Origin: Catajapyx aquilonaris | Taxonomy: Eukaryota | Length of the DNA: 30,276 bases | Direction: 5' to 3' | NCBI GenBank assembly: GCA_000934665.2 | Contig: JYFJ02001085.1 | Coordinates: 62,001 to 92,276 of the forward strand | Shown here: positions 11,263 through 23,345 of the stretch, piece after piece | Numbering within the stretch: position 1 is the stretch's first letter | Layout of the letters: each line of letters opens with the position of its first letter | Program-made: the position numbers and the translations under genes | Notes under the pieces: generated by a model | Databases searched by the model: none | Seen by the model: only the letters and a program-made list of their open reading frames with translations | What the model was told of the DNA's origin: nothing

Positions 11263-13471
11263 CTACAACAATATGATTATAAACTGCCATAAGGAACCAC
11301 ATTGATATCAATAATTGCACTTTGATAATAGGTCATTTGAATGAGTCACATCATAGGCATTTATTTAAGCTTCGTTATAGGGATAAGGGATAAAACTTTC
11401 ACATCATGCTTTCACCATTCACCTAAGAGCACAAAGTACATTTGTCATATTTTAAAAACACAACAAGAAAAACAAGCTAAATGCAATGTATATTTCTCCG
11501 TTTCAACAATATCTCAATGCCATGTCACCAATGATGTCATATCTGCATCGAGCGTTCAAAAATATTTCTTGTGCTCCAGGTATCTATTTTTAAGAAGTGC
11601 AAATGCAGTTCGCGCCCAATTTCCAAATGGCCCCATAATAACGACAATATTATAATGTTCGATGCTGCATTGTATGTTTCTGAAAGGGTCAGTTCAGGTC
11701 GGTTCCTTATCAAGTTGATGATCCGAAGCAGTGAGATGGACTGGACTCATGTTCCTCATTCAAATGGCAAACCCTAATCGGCACAATATTTGCGTCGGAT
11801 TTCTGCTTCTTGCACGCCGCTTATAAGTATATTGTTATACCTCGTTTACAGAAAGCAAGCAGCAGTGATGAATAATCCATCAACACTTTTCCCCCTTCGC
11901 AAACTGAACTGCGACATGGCGGTACCCGTGTTCATGGAGCAATAGTATAAAAATGTACCTAACACATTATTTGTGCACTAATCGCCTGGAATTGTCAAAA
12001 TTACATAGTTATTTTCCAAGGAGAAAGCAAGAAACCCGAATATTCTATTATATGTAGACTACGTGTTACAAGCACAATGAGATGTAATTGTAATTAAATT
12101 TACGAATTAATTCACGAAGAACAACATTCTATTTACCTGTGCAGAGTATGATAATAAGGGCCCTTCTATTAATTGTGAACGTGCACTTATTTTTTAAGTA
12201 TAATTTACTCTTGCCAAATTATTCTGCAGCGTATGAGATTGGATCCTCTCATAATACTCAAAGGTTCTAAAAACTAAAATATAATATAATGTAGTTTGTC
12301 CAGTACACAGTGAATGTTTAACGTATTGTCATTAATAAATGTCATTATAATAAAGTAATCAATTTTTTGTGTCATTCTCTTCAATGCGGTGGTTCCTCTA
12401 GTTTAAGATTTTATCATTTTCTCAAGGGACAAAGGAAGATAAGGGGTTAGAGCGTAGAGCGCTCCTTGCAAGAGCCGCTGAAAATTCCAAACTGATATAA
12501 TTTACCCCTTTTCCTGAATTTGGAATCACGCGATTAGAAAGACACTCACGAAGACGCGAAGGTTAAGCTTCATAACGAATCTGTACTCTGAGATATCAAG
12601 ATGGACAGCACAAGAACTGAACTGCAGGGTGAGTTGATAATCATGTAATTCTTTAAATTTAACGTTTAATTTGAAAATTTTAAATTCCACTTATAACATA
12701 AAGCCATATATGTTTGGTGATGTGTCATCAATGGTTATCACTGAAGTATACTTATATGCTTTTCGTAGGCCTACCATCATTTACTGGTTATACACTAGTC
12801 GCCGCCAGCCTCGTCTGCAGCATGTACTGTACATCAGTGTTATTAGTTTTGTCTCGAGTTTTGCTGAATAAGAAGCTTAGGAAAAGCAGGGTATTTTTTG
12901 TCACGCTGTATTTGTTTTCTGGTGAATTTTAGTTTTTACACTTCAACTGCACATTAAGCATATTTTAGCGTTAAATATGAATAGGATCGTTCGAATTCTA
13001 TAAATTCGCTATAACCTTATTGCGGCAAATGAAAATACAATACAATACAATATTGTATGTTGTTATTATACCTATATATTTCAAGTTGTTATAAATATTA
13101 TTGAAATATTTTGGAATAGTAGTTTGGTTGTTGTATTACTGTATAACTATTTTTCTGTAGCTTCTTATTACATTTGCAAAATTATAATTATGATACATTT
13201 CATATTCTAGATATCAAAGTTTTAGAGGTTTTTTGAACATTAAACATGATGGTATTGCAATTTGCAAGTAGGTGTAACCACAAGGTTTCAAAAAATACCA
13301 ACGAGCTCACAAGTGTGGCTAGTGTATAGCCTACAGCTACGAGATGCTTTGCATATTAGCCTCATTTAAACTTTGATCATTTAGTGGCCGGTATATATGG
13401 GTCCTTTTCTGACACGTTATCACGTTATTCGGACACATTATTCGGACATAAGATAACTTATACTTAAAATA

Positions 13472-14565
13472 CAGGGTCATCGAAAAGTAAGCTCGGATTT
13501 TAAAACCTTGTAATTTGAAAACTTGCTGACATAATTATCTTAATGATTAAAGTTTTGAAATGCCAGGAAATTTCTAAAGTTTAGTTGGTTTTACCATAAT
13601 TTGTTTCGATACGAGCTCGGATCACTCGTAAAATGTAAATAATTATGGTTATCGGTGCCCATGCCTAACCCGGTCAGGGATAGGATCATTGTGATCCTAC
13701 CCCGTAGGTGCTGAAGATGACGGATCTTTTCACCATACATGTATCTCCACACACGCACACACACACACACACACACTCTTGTCTTGACTAAGGCGTGGGG
13801 ACGGACATTGATCACTTTTCACTGCGAGTGTAAACTGATCTAACCTAACCTAACCTAACCTAACCTAACCTAACCTACCTAACCTACCCTACCCTAAGTA
13901 ACCTAGGCTGAGAAAAATGGACTTTTGTGAAACCCTACAAATGAAAATAGTGGGGACATGTCCCCACTAATTTACACATGTCCCCACTGTAATGGTACAC
14001 TTCGCGTGTGTGAGACTGTGGGGACCGACAAATGTCCCCACAATTGGAACTGGTCCCCACAGCTACAGTAAAACCACAGACTTCCGTCCCCAGACCTTAG
14101 TCAAGACCTGATCACACACACAAAAAAAAGTCCATCGGGGTATAAGATCTGTCCTTCTAGAGGGGCATTGGGACTCAACTGGGACTCATACTGGGACTCG
14201 CACACTGGGATGCTGAACAAATAAAAATTTTCTACGGAAGGTTATTTTATGGATAAATCGACTTTTTATGTGTATCATCAAGAACAATTTGTGTATGGTG
14301 TAAAAACCCATCATATCCAGCAGCTACGGGATATTATACCGGTATAACTTCAGATATGATTGAGGGGTGTAGCACGAGACCGAATAGCGAATGCCGTCGT
14401 ATTTATCTGCTGAACACGCATATAAAGCTCATATCAAAATAAGCTTAAGGCAAGACCCAAACTTCAGACATTTCTCATTTCAAAGCTCAAATCATTAAGT
14501 TGCCTACAAGGTTTCGAGATATAGGGTTTTAAAATCCGAGCCTTCTTTTTCGATGACCCAAAATG
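13472..14565. mobile_element. Tc1/mariner-type non-autonomous element (MITE) carrying nested insertions
   Basis: Left end TA|CAGGGTCATCGAAAAGTAAGCTCGGATTTTAAAACCTTG. The right end is an imperfect ~55-bp inverted copy (...GGTTTTAAAATCCGAGCCTTCTTTTTCGATGACCC-aaaa-TG|TA). TA flanks both ends. Confidence 0.75.
13748..14122. mobile_element. (CA)n-flanked non-autonomous element with 25-bp subterminal inverted repeats and an internal (CCTAA)n tract
   Basis: IRs GTCTTGACTAAGGCGTGGGGACGGA (13781-13805) and TCCGTCCCCAGACCTTAGTCAAGAC (14083-14107), 23/25 match. CA runs at 13748-13776 and 14113-14122. (CCTAA)n at ~13840-13897. About eight GTGGGGAC/GTCCCCAC words. Perfect 22-bp palindrome at 13948-13969. 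Confidence 0.8.
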
Positions 14566-16187
14566 TATATACCAGAAAGTTTTTGAATACTAAAAATACT
14601 TTTTTTCTCCAGAATTACTTCGAAAATATTTTTCATTGTGCTGTACAAATTCATCTGCAACTTTATGAAGAAACGATAGTTACATTACCGCATATTGTAG
14701 TACCCTCCTGAAAGTGCATGGTCCATTGCTGCATATTTATCAGATGACGTACTGTAAGAAAATAATAAAATATGAAACGAATATTTTCAGCAATTCTAAG
14801 GAAAAAGTGTGTAAAATAATGCCGTCAAACACAGTAATTATACTAATGATATCCCAAACAACCATAATCAGAGCATAATACTCTGACTTAAGCACCACAT
14901 ATGCGTATATGCACCCGAACAGGTTGCAATCGGTTTCAATACTCCACATCAAGCACATAACACACCTGACAGTTATTAATCTATAGTGTCTTCATAAAAA
15001 CATTTCCATTAAAAGAGCCAAAAATCACGACCAAAAAATTACCATGCCAGATATGAAGGCCGTCTACTACAGCATAATACTACTGCTTGCACTCGGCTGG
15101 TGCAGTATTTGATATGAACCGATATAAGTTATGAACACATAACTTTTATTTAAAAAAAACAAATTGAAATACAAATTCCAATATGGTAAAGGAGAACCTT
15201 TATGGAAACTTTGGCGCTGCAATATAATACACAGAGTAATAGACATTGTATTACTATGCGACGTTTACTGACAGTTTTTTTTTTACCTGACCAACTTGAC
15301 TTAGCACAAATTAGCTACCAGCGATTGAGTCTGTATTGTAAATTGTTTCGGTCGTTCGTGTGCTACATGGGAGGGCATAATGGTAATACAGTACAATGAA
15401 TGCAAAATTTGAAATTTGACTCTACTTAAGCGAAATCATCGAAAGTCAGAAAAAGCATTCATTTTTTTACCGGCCAACACTTGAGATGCTGTTTGAAAGG
15501 GATAGTTGCAAACTATGGAAAACGAGAGTTTAGCCCCTTTTCTGCATGTGGAGCTTCATTAAGTCATAAAAATATTGTTCAAAAATAGTCTTGGATTTGT
15601 ACAGGTTTGCCCAAGTGACAGACTTGCTCTTGTATTGTATTCGGTGAATACGAATTCAATTCCAGTCATATACACTTGCTAAGATCAGAAATTATGAGAA
15701 GTATGCAAATCTGCAACAATCCCTTATAAATACTCGTAGTATCCCAAGTTTTAATTAGTTTCATTGTATTTTTTCTGTTATACACGAGCTTTCCATAGAA
15801 GCAGCTTTTTTCAGCATTTCTAAAATTTTCCGCTCCTTCCTGCTGTCCAACTATATCGCGAAACTGCTAAAAGTTTGAATACCCCGCGAGTCGGTAACTG
15901 TGACTGTCTGAATTTGGATTTTTAGTCGTTTTCATCTGATAAATCCATGTATAGCATGAATTCAAGTACAGTAACAGCAAAATCGACGGCTATATATATT
16001 TACGACTGTGACGGTGGTTAAATATGTATTAATTATTAATTAAAATACTGTATACGTTTCCCGGGTCTGCCATATTGTAGCAACCTTTTGGTAGCAACTT
16101 TTTTTCTACCCGAAGAATTTATGTGTAAGTTAGCCCCATTGTTTCTTCACTTATCAGCATAATCACGTTCAATATTAAGTCATTTGT

Positions 16188-16241
16188 GCCACAGGGGGTA
16201 CCACAAATAAATAAATAAATAAATAAATGAATAAATAAATA
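16188..16241 (+). mobile_element. Extremely 5'-truncated retroposon insertion with (AAAT)n tail
   Basis: GCCACAGGGGGTACCAC followed by (AAAT)n, flanked by the 17-bp direct repeat AATATTAAGTCATTTGT (16171-16187 and 16242-16258). Confidence 0.75.
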
Positions 16242-17180
16242 AATATTAAGTCATTTGTCCCTATATGCTTCGCCAACTTTTCGAAATCCCTCGCAAAGAA
16301 AGTGGGGTTCTGCTGGACACTAGAGATGGCGCACTGATTGATATGTGATAGACTATGTGACGGTTGGTATGAAAACGGAGACGTTCTAAAACCTTCGTCA
16401 AACTTGGCAAAAGTATATTATTATTTGGAAATTTCTAGGTGCCAAATCAGGATGGTCAGGGTGTTCCCAACAAAAATCTTCAATGGCTTGTTGGAAGCCT
16501 GGCTGATAAGTAAATTTAGGCGGGCGGGGGCTGGCATTGTCGTCAAACAGAAAAGGTGAGGAGACTTGACCTATTGTGATAAAATGCAGATTTCATTTCG
16601 TCCATGGTTCGACAATGAGGAAAAGCAATAACTGTATTTCCCCTGTGGCCAGAAAATCAAGCATTACATACAGTACAATCCCACTTTTTCTGGCGAGAGG
16701 TTTTTGATTAATCAGCTGTGCATGTGGTCACACAAGAACAGGGATTTGCAATATGTGACCCTGAGATGTGTGGCTAATTTTACATAGCATATAACCGCTG
16801 TTATGTCAGAACAGGGAAACTTATACCGTATATTGAAATTGAACCACTCTCGCACATCATAACGTCAAGGAGCCGTGTCTGGAGGTTGGATCACGATGTT
16901 TGAAAGTGACAAAAATGATTTAAATAACATTGACGATGTTCTTATACTCATACCCCATTAACGATATGACTCCATGATTAAAAGTATTAAAACTTGGTTC
17001 AATTACAAATAATCAGACGGTGTGACTGAATTTTCGGTATCGTTCATTTGAATATAACTGAGGTCGAACATGAATGTGAACCAAGGGCGAGACGGAGGCA
17101 CTAATGTCAAATAGTATTTACCCTGTCAAAAATGTCACCTCTTGCATTAAAGCATATTTCCCTTATTGACAAACCAATTT

Positions 17181-17223
17181 AACTCCATATCTTTGGGAAA
17201 CGCCGTGATGATGATGATGATGA
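17181..17223 (+). mobile_element. Extremely 5'-truncated retroposon insertion with (TGA)n tail (RTE-like tail type)
   Basis: AACTCCATATCTTTGGGAAACGCCG followed by (TGA)n, flanked by the 14-bp direct repeat TGACAAACCAATTT (17167-17180 and 17224-17237). Confidence 0.75.
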
Positions 17224-18595
17224 TGACAAACCAATTTGTTTTGGTTATTTCATCAGAATTAGCACAGCTACCTCCTCAACGTCATAATTCGTCCTGAATA
17301 TGCAAAATTCAGGATAAAATATTGTTAAATTATCGGGTCTCGCATTGAAAGACAAATACAAGATATTTCTCGATCATATATACGACGCAGTCGCTTCTTG
17401 GTTGTCCGGTGCGGGCCTTGCACCAGCACAATATTAAGCAGCATATTGATCAGTAATAGTCCTTTTTATACGATTAAAAAGTGAGATATAAACATCCACA
17501 ACGGTGTTACACTAATATATTTTTTGACAATAAATTCGCAATAGCCGCTTCATGTAACATTCTCCAAAAAACTGACTTGTCCGATGGTATAGGACAAATG
17601 CCTCAATGATTATTATGCTTTTTTGACATAAGCCTAAGTATTTTATTTACCCGCCTTGGATTCAAGCTCATTTTACCCACGCTTGCATGATGTGTGTGTT
17701 TATCCTGTTTTACCACAATAATATACTCGTGCTTTAATCATAGATTAACAGGATATTTTGCATTATTTTAATTTTGCCATCGAACCGTAAATGTGATAGG
17801 GGACAATCGTTCGTATATAGACATATTTTGTGTTGTCTTAAAAGTTAAACCAATCCTGCTTGACTCCGCCATTTTGAAAACTCACCTCTGGCAGTATATT
17901 TGAAATAATTCCCATGTCGAAGTACACCTTAAGGCTCAAAGAACTTATCTTCTTTTTAAGCAACATGTGAAATTGTCTTAATACTATTAGAAATTCAGGG
18001 CCTGATCTACCACTCTCTATACGAAGGTTTTCTGGTTTGTGTGTGTGCAGCGCTTGTGGGTATCATATTGCACCGCCTGTCAATTCCGCACCCGTATACT
18101 GTATACCATCGAGGCCGGTAAGTTTCAGATATTCGCATCCTTTGTTGTAATAAATTGAATCTACTGTACGGTCTCTAAATTTTTATGATATTGCAAAACA
18201 TTGTTGTGCATATGGAGGCTGAAGTCGACAACTACATTATGAAAATGACAGGCAAGCACTTGCACAGTAAAGAAAGGATTTCATCCAACACTGCCAAATA
18301 CGGTAGATTTTTAAATACCATCAACTAGAACCGTAATTTTTCATTGTTTTCTGGGCAGACAACTAACGTGGGATATTGACGACATATAGAATGACTAATT
18401 GAATTAAGAGAGATGAAACAATCATTGCAACTGTATAAGGTAGACTATGAATCAGGAGTTGGATTTTGGACTCGAAATATTGCATTTGCAATTTTAAAAG
18501 TAGTTAGTGTGCATATGGAGCAAGAAAATTAGAATGTGAAGTATAATGGAATGGTGAAGCCAATGGAATATGCGGCCTAAATCGACAATTCTGAG

Positions 18596-18650
18596 TACTG
18601 GTGGCACCGACTGCCAGTCTGCCACAAATGTGGCAGTCGGTGCCAGTATA
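18596..18650. repeat. Short GC-rich palindrome/hairpin
   Basis: TGGCACCGACTGCCA (18602-18616) and its exact reverse complement TGGCAGTCGGTGCCA (18631-18645). Confidence 0.8.
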
Positions 18651-18713
18651 CTGCGAATAATTGCCAAGTCCATGGTTTCTTGACTTTCTTCTCCCATTTG
18701 GCTCAATATATGA

Positions 18714-18951
18714 ACTACAATATTGAAGACCTCGGGGGAAGAATGATCAAGGTCCACCTCAGGTGAAACTGTATTTCAAATTTCGAAAGCCCATAATCCC
18801 ACTTTCGGGACCTTCCATATAGTGATCATTACTCCACAACAACGATCATATTCTATGCTAGTGTAACTATCTTCTGAGATACTCTGAGAAACTATTTTTT
18901 GACGAAAAAACGGACCTTGATCGTTCTTCCCTTGAAATCTTCAATTGTAGT
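18714..18951. mobile_element. MITE-like element (~240 bp) with ~40-bp imperfect terminal inverted repeats
   Basis: ACTACAATATTGAAGACCTCGGGGGAAGAATGATCAAGGTCC (18714-18755) versus GGACCTTGATCGTTCTTCCCTTGAAATCTTCAATTGTAGT (18912-18951). No clear TSD. Confidence 0.6.
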
Positions 18952-19525
18952 CGTAGTTAGGATGCCACAGAATTGCACAAAATTCTATACTAACCATTCT
19001 AAACTGACGGTTGATTCTCAAACTTTAATTTAACTGTTTAATAAATTAATGTTTAACATTTTTTCATTTCCAACTCACATGGTTATAGGCGTACACGAAC
19101 CTAAACCTTACAGTGCTTGGAAGTATGAAGTTGTGACAATATGCCTATAGCTTCACTTCAGGTTTTAGTTTCGTATACGAATAGTAGTATCTATTACTGA
19201 GCAGAAAATATCTCTTGCTGTTACACTTATTGTGGTTAGAACAACGACTTATTTAACAGTTTCGGTGTAAATACTGCCATCCTGTTCGTTAAATTCTTAT
19301 TTCTTTAATACTCATGATACTCATCATTCTCTCAAGGAAGGAAGCAATGAATGAATAATGAATTGGAAATCGTAACTCAAATATCAGGGACAGAAAGGGA
19401 AAACAGGGTGCTGTTCGTCTTGAAGATTGTATTGCTTGTCGTGAAACAAATATTGGTTTTTCTGCCAAAAGTCCCATCATATTTCAGATTATTTAAATAT
19501 TTCTATTAAATATATACTTGTTATA

Positions 19526-19863
19526 CAGGTTGATAATCGTTTCTCCAAAGTGATTGGGACCAAAAGTGTATTGGATATAAGAATATTTGATGAATATTTG
19601 TGTTTTCATCTATATGAAATGAGACCGAGAATGGGACATCAGTGGGATGGGATAAATAAATCCCAATTCATGTTCATTTTGAATAGATGTTATTTAAAAA
19701 AACAGTGTATAATAATTATATAGCTGGTTATAAAGTTATATACTTGTATTATTATAATAATTTCACATGGAATATTTTATTTGTGGATCATGTCAGTACT
19801 CAAAACACTTTCTGAATTTGGAGGTCTCCTAAATAGGAATTTGGGAGAAACTATTCCCAATTG
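19526..19863. mobile_element. Decayed Tigger/pogo-like MITE
   Basis: Starts TA|CAGGTTGATAATCGTTTCTCCAAAGTGATTGGGACCAAAAGTGT; ends ...TTTGGGAGAAACTATTCCCAATTG (degenerate TIR). Both ends resemble the Tigger4/MER46 group as I recall it; not searched. Confidence 0.6.
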
Positions 19864-20329
19864 TCAGGACATATCGTACATTATCATACTGTCTTAAATT
19901 ATAATTTAGAGCCGAAACTATTTCAAATAATAATATTTATGGACAAATCAGATGCCTAACTGTGTGAACCTTTTGAAGAGATTTGCTTAATATTTTTATG
20001 CGCCATCGTTTCAGTCAAATAATGCGACCAAATTGCAAATAGTAAACGCTATTTTTCATCATATTGGTCATTGGATGAATCTCGAGGTGAATTTATTATG
20101 TTCTAGTTTCGTCTGTGTTATTGCAAATTACATGTAGCCTAACTCTGCGGCTCCACGAGTGAAACACTTGTTTTTTGCCATTATTTCTGAGTAGAAATAA
20201 TCGATAACAGATTTAAAACATCACGAAATATACGCTGAAAACTTACTTTCTATGTCCCTTCCCCATAATTATTGTAGCCAGCACAATGGCTTCATTTAAA
20301 ATATGAATGAATTGAAACTAATGTGCATT

Positions 20330-20539
20330 TTGTTCTTTTGGCAGAAAAAGCAATGGTAAGTGCAAGTACTGAAGTACATCGCTAGAATGATGATGTTTAG
20401 GTGAAAAACACTCCGAAAATGTTTAGTTCGAGTTTAGGCTAAACTCAAATAAAACATTTTCGGAGTGTTATCCCCCCAAACTTCCATCATTCTCGTGATG
20501 TACTTGTATTTACCATTGCTTTTTCTGCCAAAAGAACAA
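20330..20539. repeat. 210-bp foldback (near-complete palindrome)
   Basis: Outer 30 bp are perfectly inverted (TTGTTCTTTTGGCAGAAAAAGCAATGGTAA), pairing continues imperfectly to the centre GAGTTTAG-G-CTAAACTC at 20438, and the left arm has an 8-bp duplication. Confidence 0.9.
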
Positions 20540-23345
20540 GAGTTTTTCATATATTTTTGTCACGGGCATTTTTTGGCCCCAAAAACAACTCCGCCATGAA
20601 GCCTAGAATCACTCCATACAAAATTGCCATAATTCAAATATTTAGCATTTATTAGGACTAATAATTTTCTGTTAATCTAATTAAAAGTACTTCTGAAGAG
20701 AATTTTTGAAAAACTGTACAGTATTATTCTGTCGGTTCTTAGAATAGAGAAGCTCGACAAAGGAACACTTTTTTTCATGCTTATAGTTGTATATATTACC
20801 TTTATATGGTGTAATAAAATGTTTGAAAATGAAGGACTTTGAAACTCTGTTATTTACCTTTATTTCCCGTGTTAATATCAATTTCGAAGGAAAATCACAG
20901 TGTTCCACATTATAATTTTCCCAAAATGTCTATGTCTGCACACAGCCAAATTCCATTTTTCTCTCTCTTTTTTTCTACAACAATGAATTCAGCAAACACT
21001 TTACTTTCATCATGATTTTCTATATAATCTGATCGAGACTGATACGATATTTTCCTAATCACATTAAACTGAGGTAGGCAACACTCCGCAACACTATATG
21101 TAAAGGAAATTGTTGACCAGGATTAGCTGTTTCAGCTATTGCTCGTCTGGACGGAATGAAAAAATACCAAATTGAAAACGTACAATTATTGTCAAGTTTA
21201 TACCTAGGGACCATATACATTTGCAGCTTCTTCTACATCTGTCTTTGACATGTCTTTCTTTTGCTCCTGGATAGAAACCATGAAGCCGACAAAAAATAAA
21301 ATGGACTTCAGCAAATCTTTTCGGATGATTTTCTCGGTAAACCTATTGCAAAACGACTTTGACAGGTTTATGTGATGAGGATTAACGAGATTCTAGTTGT
21401 AGAGTGATTTTTGTTATTACGCACGGTTTTAAGATGAAAATAGAGTTAAATTTCATACGGACGTAGGTCATGTACCACATGGAACTGTTGCAATTCCGTT
21501 CTGTAACAATTTTATTATATACTCCTGCGCGTTGCAGAAATGAGACAGATTCGAAGATCATATTTCAATAAAAATTGACACTGAGAAACACACCAGAGTA
21601 AATTTTAAAATACAGTAGCCTATTTCTGACAGCCGGAATGAATGTAAATGTCATTAACAAGAAAACAAAATAATATAAAATGAAACACAATAAAGGCTCC
21701 ACACTCCTTTCCACTTTCCCCTAAAGGCCTAAACCTTGCTTTAGATTTACACTCACATAGTCTGGCGGAAATCACAGACCTGACCGGCATCGTTGATACC
21801 TTTTACATTATGATTTTCACCTCGTTCACAGCTGGGGTGTTGTGACCGATTTAATGTGCAACATACGGTCGTCTATTATTTTGTATCATTCTCGCCATCT
21901 CAATCTTATCCTTTGGCGGTTTATGCACCTTTATACCCTCACCTTTACCGCTCTTGTTGCATTATAAAATCCATTCAATTAATTCCACATATCCGCCAGG
22001 ATCTCATTCCCTCCTTCCTGATGCCAACCTCACTCAATGATTCCATAATATATTAATTATTGTCCCAATTCGCCCTCAGTAGTTTGCATTTTGGGGAGAA
22101 ATGATTGAATGGCTTTTGAATATAGCCAGGGAGATGACAGTCACCATCACCACCTTGCAGTTATTTTAGAGATAAATATATTAATGCAATTGAACATCAG
22201 ATCGAAAACTGGCCTTGGTCATTTGATGACATTTGCTATGATTTGCCAGAGAAATATTTGGAGGTTATGTTTCCCAAATCTTTTCCAATAGATTCTTTAA
22301 TATTGTGTCGAGTTTTGACACTTATCCTGGGTATTAATTAGCTATCTGCTTGCAGATTATCTACTCTTTTGATAGTCTGGAAACAGCTCACAATTCTCAT
22401 CAAAATGCAAAGTTATCCTTCGCTTCCTTTCCATTCGACTTATGTATACTGGTCTACCGTAATGACGTCATTAATACATATAATAATATACCCGTACAGT
22501 CATACACTCGTAGCCGTGTATGAAGAGACTTACCTCAAATTATTGATCTACTTTCAAATATAGCACTAATTCATGTTGTAGATTACCGTCTCCATTAGGA
22601 ATAATTTACATCATTCGTGCGTTTTATTTTGGCCAACACTCTCACACTACCGAATGAATATATCTATAACGTTTGTAGTGCTGCGTAATAAGGTGGGAAT
22701 TATGAAACAGGGAAGGTAAAAATGTGGCCCAAATCGTGGAAATTTCCCCCAGTCTTTCTTGATAATATCACATGTAATGATAGCTTTCAGTGCATTTCTA
22801 AGCTGCGACACTGTGCATATACTCCTGAATATGCCATTTAATGTCTCTATTTGGCATTTGCAAAAAGTTCTCTCGTTCAGGGGAAAGCCACTTTGCCCAA
22901 GTGCAAATGACTCATCTAAAAAGCAAATATATATACTTTAAGCTCGCCAATTTTCACCCGAATAATAAAATAAATATAAAATCTTGTATTTTATGGCTAT
23001 GGCTTAAAGATTGAACAGATAATTTTCATGGCCACCACATGATCCTCTTCTAATTGCCTGGAAATGTCATTGACATGGGCATCTTTTTCGCACATAAAAA
23101 AACCCATGGATAGTAGAAATAGGCAGCACAAAGAAAACGAAATAGCGAGAAATGGCACCTGGATGATCCCAAAATAAGATAACGAGAAACACTCCCCTTG
23201 GCTCACCCGCAATGCGTGCAAAGCTTTCCGCTTCAGTTCAGATAGACAACTGCAATTTTTTTAAATGTCAGAATCTTTGTCCGTCCAATACAAAAATACG
23301 AAAAGCAAGTACATTTGCTTCGTTTTCCGGTCATGCTATATATAT

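Noticed and set aside
13700..13745. Hammerhead ribozyme at CTGAAGA
   Set aside because: No GAAA closing stem II and no stem I/III pairing, even after removing the nested insertion.
13840..13897. True telomere or chromosome fusion scar
   Set aside because: Short, degenerate and enclosed by the IRs of a small element; not reliable evidence of an arthropod host either.
16318..16334. Second CTCF site (CACTAGAGATGGCGC)
   Set aside because: Needs a 2-bp deletion to fit the core; only the 3' half matches.
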